IMG/VR virus record: IMGVR_UViG_3300046318_000318
Origin: a virus
Taxonomy: Duplodnaviria; Caudoviricetes
Strand: one strand, 5' to 3'
DNA length: 64,000 bases
This document shows positions 10,464 to 19,285 of this stretch, piece after piece. How positions within the stretch are numbered: position 1 is the first letter of the stretch; each line of letters starts with the position of its first letter. The position numbers and the translations under genes are program-made. The notes beneath the pieces were generated by a model that worked only from the letters and a program-made list of their open reading frames with translations, made no database searches and had not been told where the DNA came from.

Positions 10464-11801
10464 TCAGTAGTATCCGGTTCCTGGATACCTAACGTTTCCA
10501 GCCATGGCAGGTTGCGGCCAGCCATTTTGCGGGGACGCTATCTGTTGTTGCTGCATAGGTTGTTGAAACTGCGGTGGGTAACCATGCATCTGCTGCTGCA
10601 TCGGCATCTGTTGAGGATGTCCTTGCATAGGCATTTGCATAGGTCGACCATAGCTGTCATACACAACACCCATAGGCTGCATGGGCATTTGCTGCATAGG
10701 CATGGGTTGCACAGGACGCCCATATGGATCGTAGGCCATAGGCATTTGCTGAGGTACAAATTGACCGTTACTTTGAGTAGCTTGCTCAAAGCTGACTTTA
10801 CCATTCTTATTAGCCGGAGCTTGTGGCTTTGGCTGTTGGACTGGCATTGTGCTCATCTGAGGCATCATCTGAACAGCTGTCTGTGTAGACTCTGGCTCAG
10901 TTGGTGCTTTGGGTGTCAGACTTCCGTCACTTCCATACTGCACAGGAATGCGCAATATTTCAGCTTTCAGAGAGTCAATATCCCGCATAGCGTCAAGCCA
11001 ATCAGATGCAAACATGCATTGCTCATTCTCGTCGATGTAATCTTTGTAGATCTCAACGAGGTCATTGATGCGTGCAGTTATCTTGGCTGAACCAAACATC
11101 AACACATCCAGATAAGGAATAGTGCTGTTATTGCTACCGTAGTTATAACTCTCTTGCTTCTCCAGATCAGGAAAGACAAACTCAAACATCTTCTGAAGAC
11201 ATTCTTTGTCCTTGATGCGCAGGTGATCAACAGGAAGTCCGTTAGGAGTTTCTTTCTCTTTGGTCAGTTGCTCATAGAACGGGAATGACACCACAGATAC
11301 CCGAGTACAGCGCTTGCCTTGGTAAGACGCACCGCGATTCAGATAAAGAGACACAAAGCCTTTGTCAGGCTTGTTCTTCACTGCATGTGTCATGATTTTG
11401 ACAAAGTTTGTCAAAGTCTTCATGTCAGCATCCATACCCATGTTGAACAACTCAGCTTGCTGAGGGTTCATTTGGTTATGAAGGTCTGGACTGGCCAGAA
11501 TGTTGATCAGAGTCTGAAGCAGGTAACATGTCGAGATATTGATCTTCGTCATGATCTTCTGTTTCAGCAGGCTGATCACAACAGACTCACCTTTAAAGAT
11601 GTTCTCCGCCATGGGGTGAAAGATCATCTTTTCACTGGGATTGAAGTTCCTCAACTGTTGATCATAAGGCATCACCAGTTGCTTTCCTTCAATCAGGATC
11701 GATTCATTACCTGACCCGTAGGCATTCTTAATGAACCCACTCTTGTCTACCTTCATGGTGGCGTATTCAAGAATGGCTTCGTAAACATCCAACAGTTTCA
11801 T
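10464..11801 (-). CDS. conserved core protein (position of phiKZ gp70) with a Q/M/P-rich low-complexity tail
   Basis: 445 aa; synteny between the PicA-like gene and the beta gene; tail of QQMPM/YDPYGRP repeats. Confidence 0.75.
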   Translation of the reverse strand: MKLLDVYEAILEYATMKVDKSGFIKNAYGSGNESILIEGKQLVMPYDQQLRNFNPSEKMIFHPMAENIFKGESVVISLLKQKIMTKINISTCYLLQTLINILASPDLHNQMNPQQAELFNMGMDADMKTLTNFVKIMTHAVKNKPDKGFVSLYLNRGASYQGKRCTRVSVVSFPFYEQLTKEKETPNGLPVDHLRIKDKECLQKMFEFVFPDLEKQESYNYGSNNSTIPYLDVLMFGSAKITARINDLVEIYKDYIDENEQCMFASDWLDAMRDIDSLKAEILRIPVQYGSDGSLTPKAPTEPESTQTAVQMMPQMSTMPVQQPKPQAPANKNGKVSFEQATQSNGQFVPQQMPMAYDPYGRPVQPMPMQQMPMQPMGVVYDSYGRPMQMPMQGHPQQMPMQQQMHGYPPQFQQPMQQQQIASPQNGWPQPAMAGNVRYPGTGYY

Positions 11802-11811
11802 TTTGTTACCT

Positions 11812-13266
11812 TTAAACTATGTTGTTGATGACGGACTGCTGAGATGGTGCGTAGGTTTGTTCAACCACTTTGAACATCTGCTCAAAGTTGTGAACGTTGT
11901 GGTCAAACACTTGGTTGTTAGGAGCCAATACAGGAGCCAACAACCCATCACAGAACGAAGGTGTTACATACATGATGGCAGGACCACCGTCGATACTCAC
12001 GTTGATTTTGGTTTCGCCAAAGATGTTGACGTCCATTTCAAGTGTGTACAGTTGCTGTCCACCATACGAGATATCAGAGAATACCTCAGTATCCAGACGG
12101 TTCTTAAATGTCTGGAAAGCCTGGGTCATGTCTGCTGACGTCACAGAAGAACCACCAATAAGAGTGGTGTGTACTTGTCCCATACTGCTATGGTTTGTAC
12201 TCATGAATGTTACCTTTGAGATGAAAAGTGACATCATGATAGCCGGCACTGCATTAGACAACATGGTCGCCACCACAGTTTCACGGTTGGCTGAGTTCCA
12301 GTACTCGCTTTGACCAGATTGATGAACAGCTGCTTGATGGGTGTTACCCAGTCGCAGCATGTTGGTCATAGCCACAGTGTTGCTGTCCAGTTTGATCAGA
12401 TCGCCATAGTTGAACGTCGTCGCCAAAGGCATGCCGCGAATCTGACTGATAGCCCGAATAAACGGATTCTCAGAAATCATCGTGTCCAGAGCAATCTGTG
12501 TACCCCTTGAGTAGATATCAACATCAGACTGGCCAAAGTCAGCCAGTGCGTATGCTTGACGATGAGTGTCGAACACTTTGCTGATGAACTGACCTGGTAG
12601 ATTGTTCTCACGGTTAGACCCAATAGGTTCAGTACCCAACCGCAAACGCCCATCGTTGTATCCGATTCCAGGTTCAAGATAGGAATGCGCATTTTGAATG
12701 TAACCAGATTGGATGCCTGTGAAGACTTCCTGTGGTCGCATCTTGTGTACGCCTTTGTTCACGCTGTTGGGTTCCGGGTTGATGATCTGAGAACTCTGAG
12801 TTACCAAGTCTTTACTTGTATAACCCATAGGTGTCAATTGCTCAACACGATTGACACGAATGAAACTGTTCAGGACAAAGACCATGTTAGGATCGATGTT
12901 ACCATTTGCAGTTACACCCAGGGTGTCTGTAAACCCTTGGAAGTAGTACACACACAGACTACCCGTGTTAGACACTGTGTGGATTTCCAGAATAAACCTG
13001 ATGCGTTTCTCAGTCCACCCATATGGAATATGGATCACATCGCCTGGTGTGGCACTGGGAGCCATGATGGTACTTGCGATACCACCTAACAGATTCCCAG
13101 TGATGTTACCGTTACCGACCTGTTGCAGTCGGTTACCGATAGCGTTCATTGTATCCCCACTTACGTGGGTCATGTAAGGACGCTGATGTACGGGATTGTA
13201 AGTCCCAGTCTCTTGCATGGTGAGTTTCGCAACTCTTATGGTTTGTTTCATGGCACTTTGCATCAT
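11812..13266 (-). CDS. picA: probable phage-nucleus import factor PicA/Imp1 (phiKZ gp69-like)
   Basis: 484 aa directly after the gp68-like gene; assigned by gene order and size, not by a motif. Confidence 0.6.
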   Translation of the reverse strand: MMQSAMKQTIRVAKLTMQETGTYNPVHQRPYMTHVSGDTMNAIGNRLQQVGNGNITGNLLGGIASTIMAPSATPGDVIHIPYGWTEKRIRFILEIHTVSNTGSLCVYYFQGFTDTLGVTANGNIDPNMVFVLNSFIRVNRVEQLTPMGYTSKDLVTQSSQIINPEPNSVNKGVHKMRPQEVFTGIQSGYIQNAHSYLEPGIGYNDGRLRLGTEPIGSNRENNLPGQFISKVFDTHRQAYALADFGQSDVDIYSRGTQIALDTMISENPFIRAISQIRGMPLATTFNYGDLIKLDSNTVAMTNMLRLGNTHQAAVHQSGQSEYWNSANRETVVATMLSNAVPAIMMSLFISKVTFMSTNHSSMGQVHTTLIGGSSVTSADMTQAFQTFKNRLDTEVFSDISYGGQQLYTLEMDVNIFGETKINVSIDGGPAIMYVTPSFCDGLLAPVLAPNNQVFDHNVHNFEQMFKVVEQTYAPSQQSVINNIV

Positions 13267-14813
13267 AACCAGTTCCTTTCGCCCAACTCAATGAGCAGTT
13301 TTGCAAGATCTGACCTTATGTCAGGTTTAATAACAAACACCCTACTCGTATTGCCAAGAGTTTCTCTCAGCCAACGATCTTCTGCTGTAGGTACCCAGCT
13401 GTGAGACACAAGGTCTGCAACAACTTGATCAACAGCTTCCAGGGCGTAGTTGGATACTTTGCCTGTAGACACACGACCGATAGGTTTGCTGAAAGGATAC
13501 AACAGCTCAATCTTATCGGAAAGTTCTTTAGGGATTCTGTCCTTAGAACTTTGTGGTGCCAATACGTATTCATCGTTGGAGTATCTTGGATAAGACGTAA
13601 CCAACAAAGATAAATACTTGTGTCCTCGTGCCCACAAGACACTTTGAAGAACACCAAGCAGTTGTATAATGATATCTCGATTCAAGTACGAGATACCTCT
13701 TGGTGAGATCACAGGTTTCATGACCCATGATAACAACAGCACTTGCACATCAGTGACCTGATGCGGTTGTAACAATTGACAAGTCCTCTGTGCTGAATTA
13801 AAAATGTCTTCTGACATCAGGGACGTTAGTCGAGTAGCTACATACGGCAGATCTTCTACCGAGTATTCCAACTCTACCACCTCACCCAACGACAAGTTGG
13901 TTTTCATTCGGTAGCGCTCAAGCACAGTTCCTTTGTTCTCACGACCGATGTCGTCCAGTTTGTTCTTCTGGATTCTATTGGCATGATCCGCATCAGGACT
14001 GCGAATACGCTGCATCAAGAACTTGTACAAATATTTGACAATATCTTGTTTGGGGTCTTTTGGATTGTTACCAGAGATATCTCCGATACAGAGCTTCTTG
14101 ACCACAGTCAAAGACAACAGCCACTGAGGATAGTCTTCAGTAGACAACACATTCATCAACTTCTCACTGTCGTCTTTTGACTGATTCATGAGGTTTGAAA
14201 TATATGTTCTCAGCTTCTGTACTGCCAGAGAGTTGTTGATCTCTGAATACTTCAGCAGCATGTATGCATGGAACTCTTTGTAGTAGTTACCATACGACCT
14301 GCGTGTTGAAGAGATATACTCACCCCAGATAGGGATCATGGACCTCAGAGCTAAGGACAAAGCCACCAGCTCCAGATAGTCTGACCTTGTGTAAGTCTTT
14401 TCTCTTGTAGAGTTGTTATCCATGTTAGGTACATACTCAGGCAAGAATGTCTGAGGTACCATCACACCAGAACTAAAAGACAACCACATCTGTACTTCAG
14501 ACAGCTTATGGTAAGACAACAGCTCAGCTACTGCCTTAGAGAGATTTTCATTCATATCACCCACGGTGTAGGATGAATTAATGATCTCCCTTACATTCTC
14601 ATACACCTGAAAGATCCCGTCTTGAACAGGATCGTCCAGTTGCGACCAATAAAAGTTCAGATAATGGAAGACGTCATTGCTGAGTCCGTCATCGTCACCT
14701 TCCTCGATCATGGCACCTTTTCCAAATACGGATACTTGGAATTCTACCACTTTACCCTTGTGCTCAATAATAGCTTTTGGCGATTGTTGAGCTATGCTTG
14801 TAGTTATCCTCAT
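13263..14813 (-). CDS. probable nvRNAP fifth (sigma-like) subunit, phiKZ gp68-like
   Basis: 516 aa, helical; position in the conserved core block. Confidence 0.62.
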   Translation of the reverse strand: MRITTSIAQQSPKAIIEHKGKVVEFQVSVFGKGAMIEEGDDDGLSNDVFHYLNFYWSQLDDPVQDGIFQVYENVREIINSSYTVGDMNENLSKAVAELLSYHKLSEVQMWLSFSSGVMVPQTFLPEYVPNMDNNSTREKTYTRSDYLELVALSLALRSMIPIWGEYISSTRRSYGNYYKEFHAYMLLKYSEINNSLAVQKLRTYISNLMNQSKDDSEKLMNVLSTEDYPQWLLSLTVVKKLCIGDISGNNPKDPKQDIVKYLYKFLMQRIRSPDADHANRIQKNKLDDIGRENKGTVLERYRMKTNLSLGEVVELEYSVEDLPYVATRLTSLMSEDIFNSAQRTCQLLQPHQVTDVQVLLLSWVMKPVISPRGISYLNRDIIIQLLGVLQSVLWARGHKYLSLLVTSYPRYSNDEYVLAPQSSKDRIPKELSDKIELLYPFSKPIGRVSTGKVSNYALEAVDQVVADLVSHSWVPTAEDRWLRETLGNTSRVFVIKPDIRSDLAKLLIELGERNWL

Positions 14814-14877
14814 GTTGACACTTTCGTTAAAAGAATTTGAACCTAAGCTCAGATAAAGTAAATGTTACTTAAAACAT

Positions 14878-14910
14878 CTAGACAGGCCCTTCGAAAGAGG
14901 GCCTGTCTAG
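14878..14910 (-). terminator. intrinsic terminator
   Basis: CTAGACAGGCCCT...AGGGCCTGTCTAG 13-bp stem. Confidence 0.75.
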
Positions 14911-14912
14911 TA

Positions 14913-15584
14913 TTAGAATGTCAAATCGTCAAAGTCCATGACTGGTTTAGCTGCTGCTTTTTGTTCGAAAGGTTTCTTAGCCTGGTAAGCACCAGGTGCA
15001 TTCTTATCGTAAGGCGGTTTATACACATTCACGTTCTGTGTATAGATGTTACGCAAAGCACGAATAGTAGCTGCTGCGTGTAGGCACGAAGCCTCTGATT
15101 CTGAAAGCTGTGTACCATCTGACCGATATACCTTGTGGAAATCAGACAACCGGAACGTAAACTTCAGCCTTGGGCGAGTCTCACTCTCGACAGAGATCAC
15201 AGACAACCAAGCCATACCTTGGTCATCCTTACCAAAGAAGAGTTTGGAGTTGGTGACCTTTGGTGCGTCCGGTGTCCGATCAGCTGGATTATCCGATCTT
15301 GGATAGGATAGCATGTCGATAGACATCTTCTTGTTGTTTTCCCCTTTGACGATTTCTTCAAAGAGATCTAGGAACAAGAAGAACGTCTCAGGATTCATAG
15401 GGGCTGTGATAGCCCCGCGTCCATCTTTATCACCAGGATCATTGGTCCAAATCGTGATCCTTGGGTTGCCATCACGAATAGCCCAAACCAACCTACTCCT
15501 TCGAGTAGCGTTGTTTGGATTGGGTGTAAACATCATGAACTTTGAGAGTTCATTAATTTTTGGTGGTTCTGATACGGTTGTCAT
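14913..15584 (-). CDS. chmC: probable ChmC-like nucleic-acid-binding protein
   Basis: 223 aa just upstream of the gp68-like gene (synteny); beta-rich core, disordered tail ending MDFDDLTF. Confidence 0.5.
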   Translation of the reverse strand: MTTVSEPPKINELSKFMMFTPNPNNATRRSRLVWAIRDGNPRITIWTNDPGDKDGRGAITAPMNPETFFLFLDLFEEIVKGENNKKMSIDMLSYPRSDNPADRTPDAPKVTNSKLFFGKDDQGMAWLSVISVESETRPRLKFTFRLSDFHKVYRSDGTQLSESEASCLHAAATIRALRNIYTQNVNVYKPPYDKNAPGAYQAKKPFEQKAAAKPVMDFDDLTF

Positions 15585-15635
15585 TGTGTTCCTAGTGGGT
15601 GGAGTTCATCATACATTATATACGAAAAATAATTT

Positions 15636-16493
15636 TTAGAGTTGAGCTAACATCCTAGCTACCATGGGTTCTGGAATGTCAGTGGATAAATCCATAACTA
15701 CTTTGGCTTTGGTCGTCATGGAAGTCCAACCTCTTTTAATAGATACATCGTAGACTTGTTGACGTATCTTAATAAGAGCAGGTTGAAACAGCACGCGATC
15801 ACCAAACACCATCAGAAGTTTACTCAGGAAAGGAAGATGTTTCATATCTCTTTCCCCAAGTGGGTAATACTTAGAATTCCATTCATATCTGGGTTTGAGT
15901 TTACCAGTATGACTTTCAAGTAAATCCAATCGACTGAGTTTCTCGTGTGAGAGCAGATCCCAAGGTACGTGGGATAAAATCAAAGCCCTCGTGCTATGAG
16001 GAGCTTTGATATAATCTTTGAACTTTTGAACATCTGGGCTGTCTTTGAATTTACCAAGCGTCTTTACAAGGATAGCTTTTTCATGTTTCTGAATGTCTGT
16101 TTTATCAGCTCTCAGTTCCACGATAGCTGACTTGGCTTTGGAAACAGCCTTGTCATACTCCATGATGTAAAAGACAGGAGTGGCAGTACCACCGCCTTCT
16201 ACTTTAAATAAACTTTGGATAAGTTCGATTTCTTGCTGGATAACTTCGGCAAAATCATCAGCCGTGGCTTGTAACTTAACTTCTTTATCTACAGACCCAA
16301 GTATGTTTCTGTAGAGTGTTGAAAGATTGACAAAACAGGAGTTGTAATTACTCAGTATGACCTGATTGGGTATTTCTCTTTCAGGATCATAAGGAGTCTG
16401 TCTTCCTGCAAAGACAGACTCAAAAGCCAGAGACGTACCTATGCTTAGTGGAAAAGCACTGATGTCTCTGTTAAATAAAGGGTTCATAGTCAC
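15636..16493 (-). CDS. conserved hypothetical protein, possibly PIN/FEN-like nuclease fold
   Basis: 285 aa; overlaps the nuclease gene; weak resemblance only (FVNLSTLYRN, ILSHVPWDL). Confidence 0.45.
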   Translation of the reverse strand: MTMNPLFNRDISAFPLSIGTSLAFESVFAGRQTPYDPEREIPNQVILSNYNSCFVNLSTLYRNILGSVDKEVKLQATADDFAEVIQQEIELIQSLFKVEGGGTATPVFYIMEYDKAVSKAKSAIVELRADKTDIQKHEKAILVKTLGKFKDSPDVQKFKDYIKAPHSTRALILSHVPWDLLSHEKLSRLDLLESHTGKLKPRYEWNSKYYPLGERDMKHLPFLSKLLMVFGDRVLFQPALIKIRQQVYDVSIKRGWTSMTTKAKVVMDLSTDIPEPMVARMLAQL

Positions 16494-17641
16494 CTCATGT
16501 TGGTAAGTGTGTTGGTCATGATTGTGTTAAATATGGTCTGTTGAGCGGTGTTAAGACTATGCTTTTTTTGGATCTCGTCAAATAACAAAGTTGTTATGTT
16601 AGATCTTTCTATTTGCACAGAGCTGTACTCCATCCCCAATAAGTCATTGATATACTCATTATGAACAGCTTCTTCTTCATCCTCTAAGCTTTTTTTACTT
16701 AGGTGATAGAGAGGATACCTGAGTTTCAATTCCTCAAAGGCTTGATAAACACCGTGATCTTTACGGGCCTTAATTCTAATATATGAGTTTATAGGAATCT
16801 TTAAGAGCTGTTTGTCTATGGATTCTAAACATCTATCCACATCAGCTAACTTAAGAGTGATTGTTTTGAAGATCTTGGCTTTTTTATTCTCTAGAAAGAA
16901 GAACTTATTACCATCATCAGGATCCAATATCATCAACATAGCACCCTTGGGTTCTTCTTCCCCGTGAGTAAGTCTATCAAAAGAACCTTGAGCTAAGATT
17001 CTTTCGTATGTCGAGTGGGTGTGGATATGTCCTATATTGATAAAGTACTTGACTAACTCAAGATAAGATAACTCATCATGTTTACTGGTGGTCTTACCCA
17101 CACCAGGTAACTGATAGTTAAACAAACCATGCATGATAGCTATATCCACAGTTTTCAACTGCATCTCAGCCATCAAAGTCTTTACCTGATCTAAAGTTTC
17201 TTGTGTTGTGGCAGCCCATTCATCAGGCACATAAAGAACGTGTATGTCATGTTTCTCCATGTACTCTATAGAAAGAATGTCTATGTATTTGAAATCACCA
17301 GGTGTCTGCGATATCTTCCAAACAGTTTCTGCTTGAGACGATTGATTCCAATCATGACTGGGCGTACCTTTCAGGATCCTCAGTGAGATGTTCTCTCTAG
17401 AGCAAAATCTAGATAGTCTATCCAACCACAGTTTGATAAGGTGCGTATTCTCATCATCCATGTCTAGTAATCTGTCAAACAAATCACCAGCTATGAAGAT
17501 GATATCTAGTTTACAATGATCGCTTTTAGGGCTATAGTCTTCAAAGAAAGTATCTAGATTTGCAATAATTTCCTCTGTTGGGTTATTCTTACTACCCAGA
17601 TGTACATCACTGAGAACTAAATACCTTAAACGTTCAGTCAT
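16490..17641 (-). CDS. Mre11/SbcD-like metallophosphoesterase nuclease
   Basis: SDVHLG, AGDLFD, GTPSHD, MHG and GHIH calcineurin-like motifs. Confidence 0.88.
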   Translation of the reverse strand: MTERLRYLVLSDVHLGSKNNPTEEIIANLDTFFEDYSPKSDHCKLDIIFIAGDLFDRLLDMDDENTHLIKLWLDRLSRFCSRENISLRILKGTPSHDWNQSSQAETVWKISQTPGDFKYIDILSIEYMEKHDIHVLYVPDEWAATTQETLDQVKTLMAEMQLKTVDIAIMHGLFNYQLPGVGKTTSKHDELSYLELVKYFINIGHIHTHSTYERILAQGSFDRLTHGEEEPKGAMLMILDPDDGNKFFFLENKKAKIFKTITLKLADVDRCLESIDKQLLKIPINSYIRIKARKDHGVYQAFEELKLRYPLYHLSKKSLEDEEEAVHNEYINDLLGMEYSSVQIERSNITTLLFDEIQKKHSLNTAQQTIFNTIMTNTLTNMR

Positions 17642-18161
17642 AGATCAGATCGTCTTTGTCATCATTATTAGTTACAGATCCTGAGTTTTCAGTCTTTGAA
17701 CCTAAGTTATACCTAGTAAGGATGCCTTCCCAATCTTTTTGCGCCTGGGTTAAAGGCACTTCGGTATAACCATCAGACTTATGCTCAAGAGCTTTAGCTA
17801 AAAAGTTATTGGCTACTTGAGGTAGGTTGTTGTTATACAGCTCATACTGACTGAAGATCTCCCGCATGGTTTTACCTTGCAGCATAGTCACCATGCCTGT
17901 GTCATAAAGAGCAGGCACTCTGAACAATACTTCGTTGTTATTACCGATGACATCTACAGGTGCCATGGGGTTACCAGCCACACTTACCCATTCGGCAAAG
18001 ACAGGTTGCGAAACAGTCGGAGTTTTCTCACCGGAGAAATAAGGTAGGAAGTACTGTGAGAAGATCTTCTCTGGTAGTTTAGCGACAGGGGTTTCACTAA
18101 CCAAAGTTTTATAGCTTTGATCTATGTTGTTCTGCAATTCTTGTTTAACGTCTTTATCCAT
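17634..18161 (-). CDS. conserved hypothetical protein
   Basis: 175-aa ORF coupled to its neighbours. Confidence 0.8.
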   Translation of the reverse strand: MDKDVKQELQNNIDQSYKTLVSETPVAKLPEKIFSQYFLPYFSGEKTPTVSQPVFAEWVSVAGNPMAPVDVIGNNNEVLFRVPALYDTGMVTMLQGKTMREIFSQYELYNNNLPQVANNFLAKALEHKSDGYTEVPLTQAQKDWEGILTRYNLGSKTENSGSVTNNDDKDDLIYD

Positions 18162-18165
18162 GTTG

Positions 18166-18573
18166 TCACCCGTTATTGATAGATATGATTTTGCTGATGG
18201 TTGTGTTGGTATACTCTACCATTTTACCTAAGGTATAAGTAGTACCTACTGTGTCTGTAAAGTTAATAAATAAACTTAAACTAACAGAACTGGAACCTGT
18301 TGCTGTAAGACTGTCATCTACTTCCACAACAACATTTTCAAAAAACTTACTGAAGTATTTAGCCAAAACAGATTCTAAAGACCTGATTGTAGCGGGTATG
18401 TCACCTTGGTTGGTATGGAGTATGTAAGAAAAAGAAGTTACACCTTCTGGAAAAGTGTAAGATTGACTGTGGTCAGAAGCAAAGAAATGTGAAAACAAAT
18501 AGTCTGCTGTTTTCAAACTGCCTGTGACCCAGCCGTCTGTGCTCAGACTAGGCATAGTGGCTGAAGAACTCAT
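18166..18573 (-). CDS. conserved hypothetical protein
   Basis: 135-aa ORF with SD (GAGG). Confidence 0.8.
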   Translation of the reverse strand: MSSSATMPSLSTDGWVTGSLKTADYLFSHFFASDHSQSYTFPEGVTSFSYILHTNQGDIPATIRSLESVLAKYFSKFFENVVVEVDDSLTATGSSSVSLSLFINFTDTVGTTYTLGKMVEYTNTTISKIISINNG

Positions 18574-18661
18574 ACGGGCCTCTTAAAGGTAAAAGATCAT
18601 ACCATACTACCAGCCGGTGAAAAAAGAAATACCCAGCTTTGGCCGGGTATTTCTTTATGTA

Positions 18662-19285
18662 TCACTCACCAAAGATATCGGTAGGGTCACGACCCTCAGC
18701 CAAGATCTGTTGGATCTTATCCCATGTCAACAATATATCGTGACGTTCTTCTGTTGAAAGATCTTGATGACCTTCAAATAGTTCATCACAATACTGTTTA
18801 GCCACCCACTCATACTTACCATCCACTTCAATGTCCTGGACCACACCATCCATCACCCTGCGGTAATAGTAGTGCTGATCATTACTTTGCTTAGGATCGA
18901 TATCGATATAAGTGTCGCTGTAGCCATTGACGAGTTGTCTATGGTACATGTTTCGAAGGTCCGGCTGTGCCATGATGTAGTTTTGCATCATGGGTGTAGC
19001 GCTTCTCATACCTTCGATGTCATCTATCTGGATAATGACGTTAGGTTGATATAACCCACCGGCATGTCTGATAGCAGCTTTAGCTATCCTGATAGCTGTG
19101 TTATCATGGATTCTTGCATACAACTCTTTAGCACCTTGCATAAATCTTTGACCAGTTTCAGTCAGCGCATTACTGAACGACTGCATTTGGTTTTGGAAAT
19201 ACTGCAAAGTGCTTGGAGATTGATTTGGGAATGCAAGGTAATCAAAAGCCAAAGGTGAAGCTTCGATCACATTGATTTGATACAT
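18662..19285 (-). CDS. conserved hypothetical protein (probable start MYQINV at 19285)
   Basis: ATG overlaps the stop of the spliced beta-prime gene (TAATG). Confidence 0.8.
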   Translation of the reverse strand: MYQINVIEASPLAFDYLAFPNQSPSTLQYFQNQMQSFSNALTETGQRFMQGAKELYARIHDNTAIRIAKAAIRHAGGLYQPNVIIQIDDIEGMRSATPMMQNYIMAQPDLRNMYHRQLVNGYSDTYIDIDPKQSNDQHYYYRRVMDGVVQDIEVDGKYEWVAKQYCDELFEGHQDLSTEERHDILLTWDKIQQILAEGRDPTDIFGE

